The notes under the pieces were generated by a model. That model saw only the letters and a list, made by a program, of their open reading frames with translations. It made no database searches and was not told where the DNA came from. A DNA stretch of 64,000 bases from Tubulanus polymorphus (lineage: Eukaryota > Animalia > Nemertea), in the NCBI RefSeq assembly GCF_964204645.1, contig NC_134029.1, positions 16,176,950 through 16,240,949 on the forward strand, read 5' to 3'. A program made the translations under genes and the position numbers. Within the stretch, counting starts at the first letter, position 1. Every line of letters starts with the position of its first letter. This document shows positions 23,701 to 35,700 of this stretch, in pieces.

Positions 23701-26700
23701 ACGATTCATGTGCATCGTGCAGGCGCAAATCCGGTCAAATATGTGCAAGGAGCAATCCTTGCAATATTTGCGTCGTGTGGTCCAAAGACCTTTGGCTTCG
23801 GGCCGATAAGGCTCTTAAACTAAGAGATCGTCGTCGAGTTAGCAGGGATTCGTCGGTTTCGGCCGATGTGCCAACCGACGTTTCTAATCCTGTTTCTTAT
23901 CGTAAAGCGGAGCGGTCGCCGGTCGTTCAGGTACAATCGGCTTCCCAACTCCGTTCACTGGGGAGGAACGCTGGTTCACCGGCATCGGTCTCCGGTCATT
24001 CACCGGTCTCTGGTCGTTCACCGGTTCGGCCGGTTCGGCCGGTTCAGACTACATGTTCGGAACCGAGCGCGCGCCGCGGTAGTCGCGAACGGCCCGCACC
24101 GGTTCGGTCGGGCATCGGTCCGGTTCGGCCACCGGTCCGGTCCAGACGTCGTCCGGTTCAAAACATCCGGTACGTTCATCGTCTGATTCTGATCGTCGCT
24201 CCGGGGATAGAGCTCGCTCTCCCACTAGATTTAGACGCCGTGAGCGTAATAAACGAGCAAGATCTCCTTCTCGCAGATCAAGGTTTGATCGCGAGAGGGA
24301 CTACGATCGTTATTGCCGGAAGTTTCGCCGTCGGTCTTCTCATCGTTCGTCGACGTCGGTTAGCGATGAAAGCGATTCTTCTAGTAGGTCGCGATCCCGT
24401 TCGAGGGACCGTCACCGAAGTCGGCATGATCGTCGGGATACTGGAAAATACCTGACTCAGAAGGATTTCCATGTATTTGAGGAGAAAATTTTAAACTTGT
24501 TATCTTCGTCGCAACAAGTCGCTGCAACTTCTACAACAGGTAAGCCTATTCCTGATTGTCCGGTTAGAAGTTCGCCAGCCCACTCAGTTTTTCGGAATTC
24601 TGACTCTGAATTCCTGGATGCTGCGGTAGGGTCTGATTTCAATGAGGATCCGGTCCCAGAAGCGGCAATTCCTTCTGGGGTCGTTCCTGTCGCAAGCAAT
24701 TGCAGGTTGCCCCAGACGATGGGGGCTTCCCTGGCTCGCAATGTATCTCCGTCCCGTTCAGTTTTATCCGAACCAGCGGGGGACATGCCATTTAGAGCGA
24801 TGATAAGTGAGTTCTTTGTCAAGCACGGGGCAACTCGCGCTGAGCCCACAGCAGCTCCTCTGGTCGGTGAGTCAATGGAAGCTTATCGCCCTCCGGACTC
24901 CGATCTTAACGTTTTACGGGAATCGTCAGCGGTTTCGAGAGAATGGGCTCGATTGGATACGCAATTATGGGGTAAATGTCGGCCAGGAACATTTTCATTT
25001 CCTCCTCCAGAACGGGGTATGAAATCTGGGAAATATTTTAGTTCAACCGATCCACCTATAGGCGCATTTCGCTCGGCGTATTACGCAACTCCAGGTGCTG
25101 TGGATCACAGTCATAACTGCCTGGATGCTGATTATATTTGATCAGCCCGGATACTGTTACAGCACAGTCGGGTATTCGTTTGCCTAAGTCCGGTTTGGTG
25201 GCCATGACGTCAATCCTGGACAATCTTACCAGGGTTGGTTCGTTTCAAGATATGGCACTTAAGGTGTTGACGGGTGAGCTTCGCGAGACTCACGCCGCCG
25301 TTCATGCGGGCTCCGACCCAGAGTCAGTTGCCCTAAAACTGGAGGGAATGGACCGGATTATCCAATCTTTGGCTCGGTCTGTTTCGCATGTAATTCCGTT
25401 GTCGGTTCGGGGTCAGGCTAATCTGGTGTTAGCCTCCCGTCAGTCAGTGATGGACTCCAGTGCCAAAACTCGTCTACCGGATATGGTGTCCAATGCTTTG
25501 CTGAGAGCCCCATTGGGGACGTCTTCACGTCTCTTCTCCGGTTGGTGCGCTCCGGTTTCCGCAGAGCTGAGGAAGATTCGGGAGGTTCAGGCCAAGTCCA
25601 ACCCCTGAACTCCGTGGAAAAAGCATTCTGGTCCGACGCCGGCGGCGCAAGGTTCGGCACGGACGCAAACAGGACCATCTCAAACTTCAGCGCTTTCTCA
25701 GGCAACTTCGGATGCCGGTTGGAGAACTAACGCGCAACTTCAACAATCGTGTCAAGCCTCGTCCGTTCGTATCGAGGCAAGGGGAAGGCTCCAAAAAGGG
25801 GCTCTTCCTTTCGGAAAAACTCGAAATGAATTCTTGGGACCAGTGGGAGGTTGTCTGCAGCAGGCAGCAACCCACTGGTCCGACCTCTTTGGAGACGGTT
25901 GGCCCTCCCGGGTCGTCTCTCGTGGCTACCGTCTCCGTTTCCTAAGGCGACCGCGCCTGATGAGGTCACCTCCCGACATGCGGCCAAAACCAGGTCAGGA
26001 GGCCTTAATCTCTCCGGCTCTCAAGGAACTGGCAGAGAAGGGAGCGATAGAACCAGTTTGCAACGAAACTTCTCCCGGCTGGTTTTCGCGAATATTCATG
26101 GTACCAAAGGCCACAGGGGGTCAACGGACAGTGATAGATCTGTCATCCCTCAATCGGCACCTAGACATTCCAAGGTTCCGGATGACCAAGCCCAAGGACG
26201 TGATTCAAGGGCTCCGTCCGGGTCAATGGGCGGCTTCATTGGACCTGAAAGATGCTTACTTTCAGGTTCCAATTCACCCAAAATCTCGGCGATTTCTCAG
26301 GATAAAGTGGAAAGGCCGCCAGTTCCAATTCAGGTCTCTTCCATTTCGCCTCAGTACAGCCCCGTGGGTTTTCACCAAGTTGGTCAAGTCAGTTCAGAAG
26401 GTACTTCAGTCAAGGGGTGTTCGACTGTTCGTTTACCTCGATGACTGGTTAATAGTCGCGAATTCGGCTCAGGAATGTCGGGAGGCAATGACCTCAGTCT
26501 TGGACTTAGTCCATCAGCTAGGGTTCCGCGTAAACAGGGAAAAATCTCAGTTGACGCCGGCCCAACAGTTCACTTATCTCGGCATGGACTTCGATCTCCG
26601 AATCAGCAAAGTCTTTCCGTCTATGGTTCGAGTGGCCAAACTTCAAGAAGCTGTAGCGGGAGTGTCCACAACCCCGAGAACAGCTCGTTACTGGTCACGG

Positions 26701-29700
26701 CTTCTAGGCTCCATCAGCTCCATGGGTCTGGTGGTGCCCTTAGGCCGCCTCAGAAGCAGGCGCTTGCAACAATATTGGAAGGTCTTCTGGTCTCAGTCGA
26801 AGGGCAACTGGGAGGCCTTGATTCCCGTACCTCCAACCGATCTAAGTCCGGATCTTCAGTGGTGGGCGGCCACTACAAATCTTCGGCTTGGGGTGTCACT
26901 AGCCCCGTTAGAGGCTCCAGTTCGTGTCTTCACGGATGCCAGTCACCAAGGATGGGGGGCACATCTGGAGAACCGAGTCAAAGCCGGGAAATGGTCTCGC
27001 TACGAGGCCACCAACCACATAAATTTCCTAGAAATGCTGGCCGTGTGGAAGGCCCTGAAGTTCTTTGACAGGAGAGTGGAGGGCCACCACGTTTGGTTAG
27101 CCACAGACAATTCAACAGTGAGGGCTTACCTTCAGAACTAAGGGGGCACTCACTCAGAAACCCTCAAAGGTCTGTCGGCCAAAATTCTTCTTTGGTGCCA
27201 GACAAAGGGCGTGTCCCTGACTGTGGCACATTTAGCAGGGAAAAGGAACGTGATGGCCGATGCTCTGTCTCGTCGAGGTCAGGCTATTGCGACAGAATGG
27301 GTTCTCCACCAAGAAGTAGCCGATCGGGTTCGGGGCATTTTTGGCAATCCACTGCTGGATCTGTTTGCCACCCGGTTCAATCGGAGGTGTCCTGTTTGTG
27401 TCCCCGTTTCCAGACGCGGAAGCGTGGGGGGTCGATGCCTTCTCTCTGGACTGGTCGGGGATGCATGCGTATGCGTTCCCGCCCACACCAGTCCTGCCGC
27501 GCTTACTGGATCAAATAGAGAGATCAGTCAATTGCAACATAGTTCTGGTAGCACCATGTTGGCCGGCTCAGAAATGGTTCCTACCACTTCTCAACCTACT
27601 GTGCGACAACCCCAGGATTCTTCCGAATTTCCCATCGCTTCAGTCTCAGGGGATCTTTCGGCATCATCCAAACAGCCAGTGGTTAAATCTGCTCGCCTGG
27701 CCATTGTCCAGCGATCCTTGTCAGCTTCAGGCTTTTCAGAACAGGCTGCCTCCTTTATCGCAGGATCTAAGCGGCCATCAACAAGTACCATTTACGATGC
27801 CAAATGGAGTCATTTTGCGGATTGGTGTGCTGCAGGGGAAATTGATCCATGCTCACCCTCTGTAGCTCAATTGGCAGATTTTTTACTGCACCTATTTGTA
27901 GTAAAAGGTTTACAGGTCATAACTATTAAAGGTTACCGCTCCGCGATTTCTCATACATTGCGTGCTTCTGGATGGCCAAATGTAGCAGGGGATCATCGGA
28001 TATCCCAGCTGGTTGCTGGGTTTTCTATTTCCCGGCCTCGGGTAACAAGGACAGTTCCACCATGGGATCTGTCTGTAATTTTGAAGAAGTTAATGGAGGC
28101 TCCATTTGAACCTCTTTCGGCAGCGTCTTTTGCAAATTTGTCAAAAAAGACTGTATTTTTGCTGTTCTTGGCTTGCTCGGCCCGTCGCTCTGAGATTCAT
28201 GCGCTTTCAGTCCGACAAGGTCATATTGTCTTTGGGCCAGCGAATGAATTTGTTTCGCTGCGGCCTGCTTTGGAATTTTTGGCAAAGAACCAACGACCAG
28301 GCTCGGTTGGGCGTCAATGGCGAATTGAAGCCCTAAAACATCGAGTGGAACCGGGCATCCCGGACAGGACTTTATGTCCTGTGCGGGCGTTGTGTTTCTA
28401 TTTAAATCGCTCTGCTTCACGGAGGGGTTCACGGGAGCGGTTATTTATTCCGCTGCTGGATCACCTAAAGGGGGATATTTCGCGGGACACAGTAGCCCGA
28501 TGGGTCTCTTCAATGATCAAGGACATTTTATTGAAGGAGAATCTTTCCTCGGAGGGAGTCGTTTCTCATCAAGTGAGGTCTATGGCTACTTCCTGCGCAG
28601 CCTTTTCGGGTGCTCCGTTGGAGGAAGTCTTGTCGGGCCGCCTTTTGGAATTCACCGTCGACATTCACGTCATGTTATTTACGGGATGTTTCAGGCCAGT
28701 TAGGCTCATTAGCTTCACTTGGTCCTGTTGTCATGGCTCAAGGTGTCCGTTCTTTCCGATCGGACCCTTTAGTGTAGAATATTTATGTAGCATTATCAGG
28801 ATCACAGGGGGTGTATCCTTGTACATAGTTTGGGCTCATATCTGCAAGTATTAATTTCGCAAAATTCTGGGGGGCCCCTGAGCTGGACGGACTCACTGTG
28901 GCCAACCGGTCTTCCCTGTGCTACAGTGCTCCATTCCGTGCTTGGGTAAGTGCTCTCTTTTTCCCTCTTACCTTGCGTTTGAGCGGTGGTTTTTCTATCT
29001 ACCTTTCCCACCATCCTTGTGCTAGGCTAGTCTAGCAAAAACCATAGGAAAGGGTACAGTACTCGACGGAAATATTACAATTTTTGGAACTAAAATTTGT
29101 ATTTCCGAGTAGTACTTACCCTTTCCTATGGTGGGAATCCCGCCCACCTGCCCCGCATAGCTGTTTTTTTTTTGGTCTGCTATGACGAAAAAAGATGGCG
29201 GATTTCGCCGGTGGCTAAATGCAATACCACAGGGCCGGGTCGTATAGAAAAACCATTGGCGATAAATCCAAATTTAGAAAATATTGGCAAAAACCATAGG
29301 AAAGGGTAAGTACTACTCGGAAATACAAATTTTAGTTCCAAAAATTGTAATATTATATTCATGACATGGTCTATGGTTGTGGCAAAATTTTAGGTCATTA
29401 GTTATTCTCTATGGTCACCAGGGCGCGTTGAATGGTAGAATAACTTAGCATTTCCTTCAGGGATGAAAACGGAGTAGTTTGAAAAACGCGGAAGTAAGTA
29501 AAACTACGAGAAAACTGCTGGCTACGCCAGCAGTCACGAGCACCGAAGGTGCGAAGCCCCTTACGGGGGGTTAGGGGGTCCCCCCCAAGAAAATTTTGAA
29601 ATTTCAAGGGGTTCTTGGCGCATCTGAGGTCCATTATCCAGCATTGACTAATGACAAAATAAGACTGCTACCACGCGCGGTCGATCGTTTGTTGTTTATG

Positions 29701-32700
29701 TCTGGAGTCAATGAAAAGGATGGCTCCGACAATATCCAAATCTTAGATACATATAGTGAAACCAGTTAGGTTCGAATCCCTAGCTGCATGTTTTAAATAT
29801 TCTATCCATCGCTCAGGACCAACGCGAAGTGCGTGGATTGATGAAACAATGACTAATTTTATTATTGATTACATATATATATATATATATTCCTTGTCGA
29901 ATGAACACGCGACTGCAAATTCTAAATATAAATCTGCCGCGCAGCGCCAGCTCTATTATATACAATATATTGATTTGTTGAAACTCGCGCTGACAGGTGG
30001 CTTTAGACAATACCGATGTTTCGCAACGATGTTGTATATGAGAGTTTTAGAGATCGTAGCACCGGTTTTATAAGACGCTCTTACGGTCTGTTCATTAAGT
30101 GTGCTATGATCTCAACTCAGAACTTTTCCTCAAAACTATAACCACAACCAGGTACCCCTCCCCCCCCCCTATTTTCTCAACGAATCTACATGAATCACAA
30201 GAATGATAAAAATAGATATCCAACCGCGGATTTCTGCGTTTCCGCGTAAGATTTTCATCCCTGTTCCTTATTGTATTGGTACTTTTGTTACCATGATCAA
30301 TTGCAAAGTTGTAGCTCATGACATGTTCTATGATTATGGTGAGTTTCAAGGTCATTAGGCTTTGCATATGGCCACCAGGGGCATTGAATAGTAGAATAAC
30401 TTAGTATATCCATATTATATTGGTAACTAGGCATATTTTGTTACCACAATCAATTACAAAATCGTAGCTGCTGACATGTTCTATGTTTGTGGTGAGTTTC
30501 ATGGTCATTGGATGGGGCGTTGATTATTGAAATTGTTAGATTGTCGAACATTTGAAACCACTTCCCAAGTGGGTATGGTGTCCCTGGACCCCTAGTTGTA
30601 TTTTATTACCAGGGGGCTTGAATATTGAAATTGTTCGATTGACGAGCATGTGAAACCACTTTCCAAGTGGGCATGGTGTCCCTGGACCCCTAGTTTCTAA
30701 GTGCATTTTATTTTCTTATCATTTAAGGAAAAAGTGAAAAGATGGATGACGAAAATATTTGTCAGGTATGTCTTTCAGGTATTCTTTCATTTGATTACTA
30801 CCACAGCCAAAGCTCAGGAAATAACAATCCCAACGAATATCTCAATCTCTTGTCCATCATCTCATGACATCCAACTACGAGAGTAGAAGATTCTCCTATA
30901 ACACAGTTGCTGGTATTACCCAATTGCCCCAGATTGCAGATTGCCACAACCTGTGATTGCACCCAATTAATACACACAGCCATGTATTGTAATGACCTTA
31001 ATTCTGTTAGATAATAATATGACCTCAAAATCATACGTACCGTTCCTCTTGATTTGATTATTTGGGAGCATTAGAGATCAGGTCGTACCCGTCCAATAAG
31101 CCGATCATGATATTAAAGGGTAAAAATCTGAAGCTAGAAAATTGGCTTATTGGCCATAAGGCTAAAGACTGATTGGAGTAGAAATAACAGCTGATTCTTT
31201 ATGATATTTCATTGTTGTTTTTGTTAGACGCTCACTGATTGGCTGATGAATCGTCTATTCAACCAATGGTTATCAGTTTAGTATAGCAATAGGATACTAC
31301 ATTAAGATAGTGATTTCATATTCAATGAATTGGAATTTGGGCTTTTATTTACATGATATTTCACTCAATTTGGTACCTCGATGCCTTTAATTTTTAAAAT
31401 TTTTCTGGGGGAAGGCCCCTGAACCCCAGTCCGGTGCAAGCGTCTTTACAGTTGCCCTTCGTGATCCCTTACAAAGTTTGTTCACTTACGTGGGATGTCA
31501 ATCATTTATATTTTCAATGTATATGTTGAGCATGTGTATATGTATAGAGGTTCTTCACTGACGTCACGATATCACGTGACGCACTGTTTATGTCGCTCTT
31601 TTGGCCGTCAGGCTGTATTGTGCGAGCAGTGAATAGTGCTTAGAAATGGCGAATTCAGACAATGCTGCTGTATTGTCTGACCTTGTGAATGACTTGAATG
31701 AAAGCCATAAATCACGATACATTGAAAAGCTGAAGTTTTTAGATTCAGGTGATCCATATTTGCTGCCAAAGGCGATGTTTAATCAGCTAATGTCCGCGCC
31801 GTTGCTGCCGAACATTTTGTACCCTGACATTTACAATTATCTAGTAAATTCTTCATCGTCATATAGCCACCAGTCACTAAAGAGTTATAAAAGTCTGGAT
31901 GCCTACAAATATTTTGTTTCTGGATTTGTGAAAGAGGTTTGGATCCACAAAAATAAAAGCGAGGTATTCATCATACTCAGCAAGGTAGGTATACAAACGC
32001 AGTGTTTTTAATCAATCTTTTTTTAGGCCTAGCTAAAATTCAGATTTGTTGTTCTGAATTTGACAGTTGAATTTAAGTACAAATTTAAAAAGCCTATTCG
32101 TGTTTTATGAGATTCGTAGCCCCTACTACTAAAACTAACCGACAGTCCATGCAGTTGGATTTTTCTTTCAATCTGCAGTGTGATATTTTGTCATCCCATT
32201 TCCCAATTAAAAAAATTTTATGTCTGAATATCCCGGATACCAGTAAATAAAGGACTCCATATCAGCTCAATAACCAGAAAATTACTTGTGAATGTGTGTG
32301 AAGATTTTGCCTAAAATTCTTTCACTTATTTTATTTTTGTAGGTGGTGCACTCACAACGACTTAGTGAAACGGCGCTGTCAGCCTGGGTCGCTGCTAAAC
32401 CTGATGGAGAGGTTATATGTTGCCACTGTACCTGCATGGCAGGACTGGGTGAGTCGTGCTCTCACTCTGCTGCAATTATGTTTGCAGTTGAAGCTGCTGT
32501 CCGGATTAATGGTGAGAATGTTTCGTGTACCTCAGTTGCATGCAGCTGGCTGGCCCCCCAACTAATCAAAATGTTGAATATTCAGAGACCAGCAACATTG
32601 ACTTCACAAGTCCAGATGCTAAAAGAAGAAAGTTTACAGGGCAGACTCTCCAGAAGATCACTAAAAAGGGGGCTAAAACTGAAGCAACTCGAGACTACAC

Positions 32701-35700
32701 TGAATTTTATGAGACATTGAATTCGGCTGGAATTCATCAGCTGTGGTTTTATCAGTGTTACCAGGTTATGCTGAAGTGTTTAAACCAAAAATTGTACCTG
32801 ACAGTATATCTAGTTTGTATAACTCTATCAACAACACCAAGTCACTGGAAGAATTAAAAGAAGAAGCAGAAACAATTGTCAGTAGCTTATCAATTACGGA
32901 TTGTCAGGTGATTATTTCATACTGATATAATTATGACATAATATGCTTTTTAATATTCAGAAATTCATATTTTCAGAAGGATCAATGTCAGATTCATAAA
33001 TATTAATCTCAATAAATTATTAAACAGTTTAACAAAATAGAATTAATTTTATTATCTAATTATGATTTAAGAATGCACATTGTATGAAAAATGCGAATGA
33101 AATTTTTTATGTATTTTTAGATTGCCGCAGTTGAACAGCAGACTAAAGATCAGTCAGCATCAAAACAGTGGTTTCATCATCGCTCCGGAAGAATTACTGC
33201 TAGTAATTTCAAAGCTGCCTCCAGAACCAGTATAGAAAAGCCATCTAAGTCTCTTATCAAGAAGATCTGCTACCCAAATGCATTTAAATTTACCACAGCA
33301 GCTACAAGTTACGTATGTATTAATTGAAAACTTAACAATATTTTGTATTCTGATTTGGCATGGTGAAAAAATTAGTAGTATCAGGGCCAGTTAAAATGTT
33401 ATGAAGATAACAGGCAGTCAGCAGGCGTAACATGAAATTATTCTTTTTGCTTGTGTCCACTTATCCCCAGGTCATAACAGGCTTAGAATTATAATGAATT
33501 GTTTATTTCACAGCTTGAGTCATATATTTTCTCTCACAGATGGGGATGCGAGCACGAATCCAGAGTCATAAAGGACTACGAGACATTAAGTAAAACAAGG
33601 CACCAAGGTCTCAAAATAACAGAATGTGGATTTTTTATTCATAAACAGTTTCAATATGTTGGAGCCTCACCTGATGGATTGATTTCATGTGATTGTTGTG
33701 GGCTCGGTCTACTGTAAATAAAATGTCCCTTTTGCCATAATGATACAACAGTCGAGGATGCTTGTGAAGATAAAAACTTCTGCCTGGAGTCTGTGAATGG
33801 AGAATATACCCTTAAAACACAACACGCGTACTTCTACCAGGTGCAGTGTCAGCTTGCTGTAACTGGCACGTCATATTGTGATTTTTGTCTGTGGACTGGA
33901 AAAAAGAATTATTCATGCAGCGAATATATCCCAATCCAACACTTTTTCAGGAAACAATGTGTAAAAGAAGTCAATTTTTCAAGAATTGCATATTGCCAGA
34001 AATTCTTGGAAAATATTTTTCTAAACAAATACAAAGTGTCCCAGTACCAGTGTTTCCTGATGCTTCTAAAAGCTCTGCTTGCCTGTGCCAGGAAATAAAT
34101 GTGGACAAAACTCTAATTCAATGTTTTGGTCAGGAATGCACCATCAAATACTTTCACAAGAAATGTGTTGGGCTCAAAACGTAGCCAAGAAAAGGGTGGC
34201 ACTGTCCACATTGCCGAGTTTTGTTGAAAAGAAAGGCTTAACATCATTTTTTTGTAAAAAAAAAACCTAGGAAAAATAAAATAAAAATTCCTCTAGATTA
34301 AATTTATCATGTTTTAACAGTATATCTCCAGATTGATATTCATTCTACAAAGAAATGTTTAAAACAGTTGATTCTGTTTTAGATATTACCACCGAGGGAG
34401 TTGCATTGCACAGAGCGCAAGCAACAAAGACACATTTGTCTAAGGTTGTCACAACATCATTTTCTGCAGTTTGAAGCATTCTTATTGGAATTATAGAATT
34501 CAACAAAGTATACTTTTGCCGCAGCGTCCCAATTACTCTCTCAATGTGGATACGTACAGAGGCAATTTTGCGAGTTTCCTCTACATCACTGGCATCTAAC
34601 TGGGACTTGCCTCTAGTGAAAGCTGGTATGTGGATACTAGCACCTTTAACAGCAACGGAATCTTCGACATCAAAACCACGATCTGCGAGCACGATATCAC
34701 CAGGAACCAAATTATTTAAATATCCAGAATGCTCTGTTACAAATTTATCAGAAGTTCTACCACCCCACCCTTTTAAAATAAATGCGATATGCCCTTTTGG
34801 AGTGATGCTAATTAGATATTTGACAGTATTGTGGGATTTGTACTGAGAATGTGTTTGAGCCCGTGCTCGCAGATCACTGGGCCTTTCAATGAAGACCTCA
34901 AAACAGTCAATTATGGATACACAATTTTTATATTCTCTTCGAAATGAGACTGGCATAGTCATCTGAATTATATTTCTATCTGGCCAGAATAAAAGTGCAG
35001 GTACTACATGTTGATACATGAGCTCTATTATTTCTAAAATTATTCTTGAAATTGTCGAATCACTAACACTGTACATGTAACCCAAAAATTCACCACTTAA
35101 GCTGTGCTTCAATCTTAGTAACACAATAATAAACTGTTCAAACTTAGGAATTTTACGCTCAGTTATATGCACTTGAATAAAACGAAATATTGCCATTAGC
35201 TTTTTTTAACTTTTTTTTTTTTTATTTATTTTTAAAAAAGATTTTTAACTTTAGCGTCATTGTCCTCAAATGATGACTGATAAGAAGCAGATTGTTTTAA
35301 CTTTTCACGTAGTTCAAGATTCTCGCTCAGTAATTTCTGATTGTCCTTTAAAATTGACTCTATCTGAGCTGCCGTCAGTTCTGTCTGTGTCTGGGTTCCA
35401 GTGTCATTAGATACTCCTGCCTGCTCATCGTCGTTGTTAGATAAATCTGCAGCTGAAATTCTGTCATCGTCACTAGTGGCGGCAAGAGCTAGGAGTGCTG
35501 TGGCTGCCTCGGCACAACGTCCTGATTCCATCATATGTCTCTTGCGGTTTTGTCGCCTCTCAAAACTTATCAGATTTTTCTCCTGTTGACGTTTCACTGG
35601 TGTAGAAATGTGGCTGAATATGCTGGGGACGTCTGGTGACAAAGGATTATCACTTTTTTCCCCTACAATTGACAAAAAATGTTTGAATTTTTAGTTCATT

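Larger units (their letters stand above)
23289..29354 (+). mobile_element. DIRS1-type tyrosine-recombinase retrotransposon, structurally complete
   Basis: Inverted terminal repeats, internal complementary region, gag-like ORF, RT-RNaseH-MT and YR. Confidence 0.95.

Noticed and set aside
29765-29785. tRNA B-box-like GGTTCGAATCCC
   Set aside because: No cloverleaf or A box; lies inside a hAT-like element
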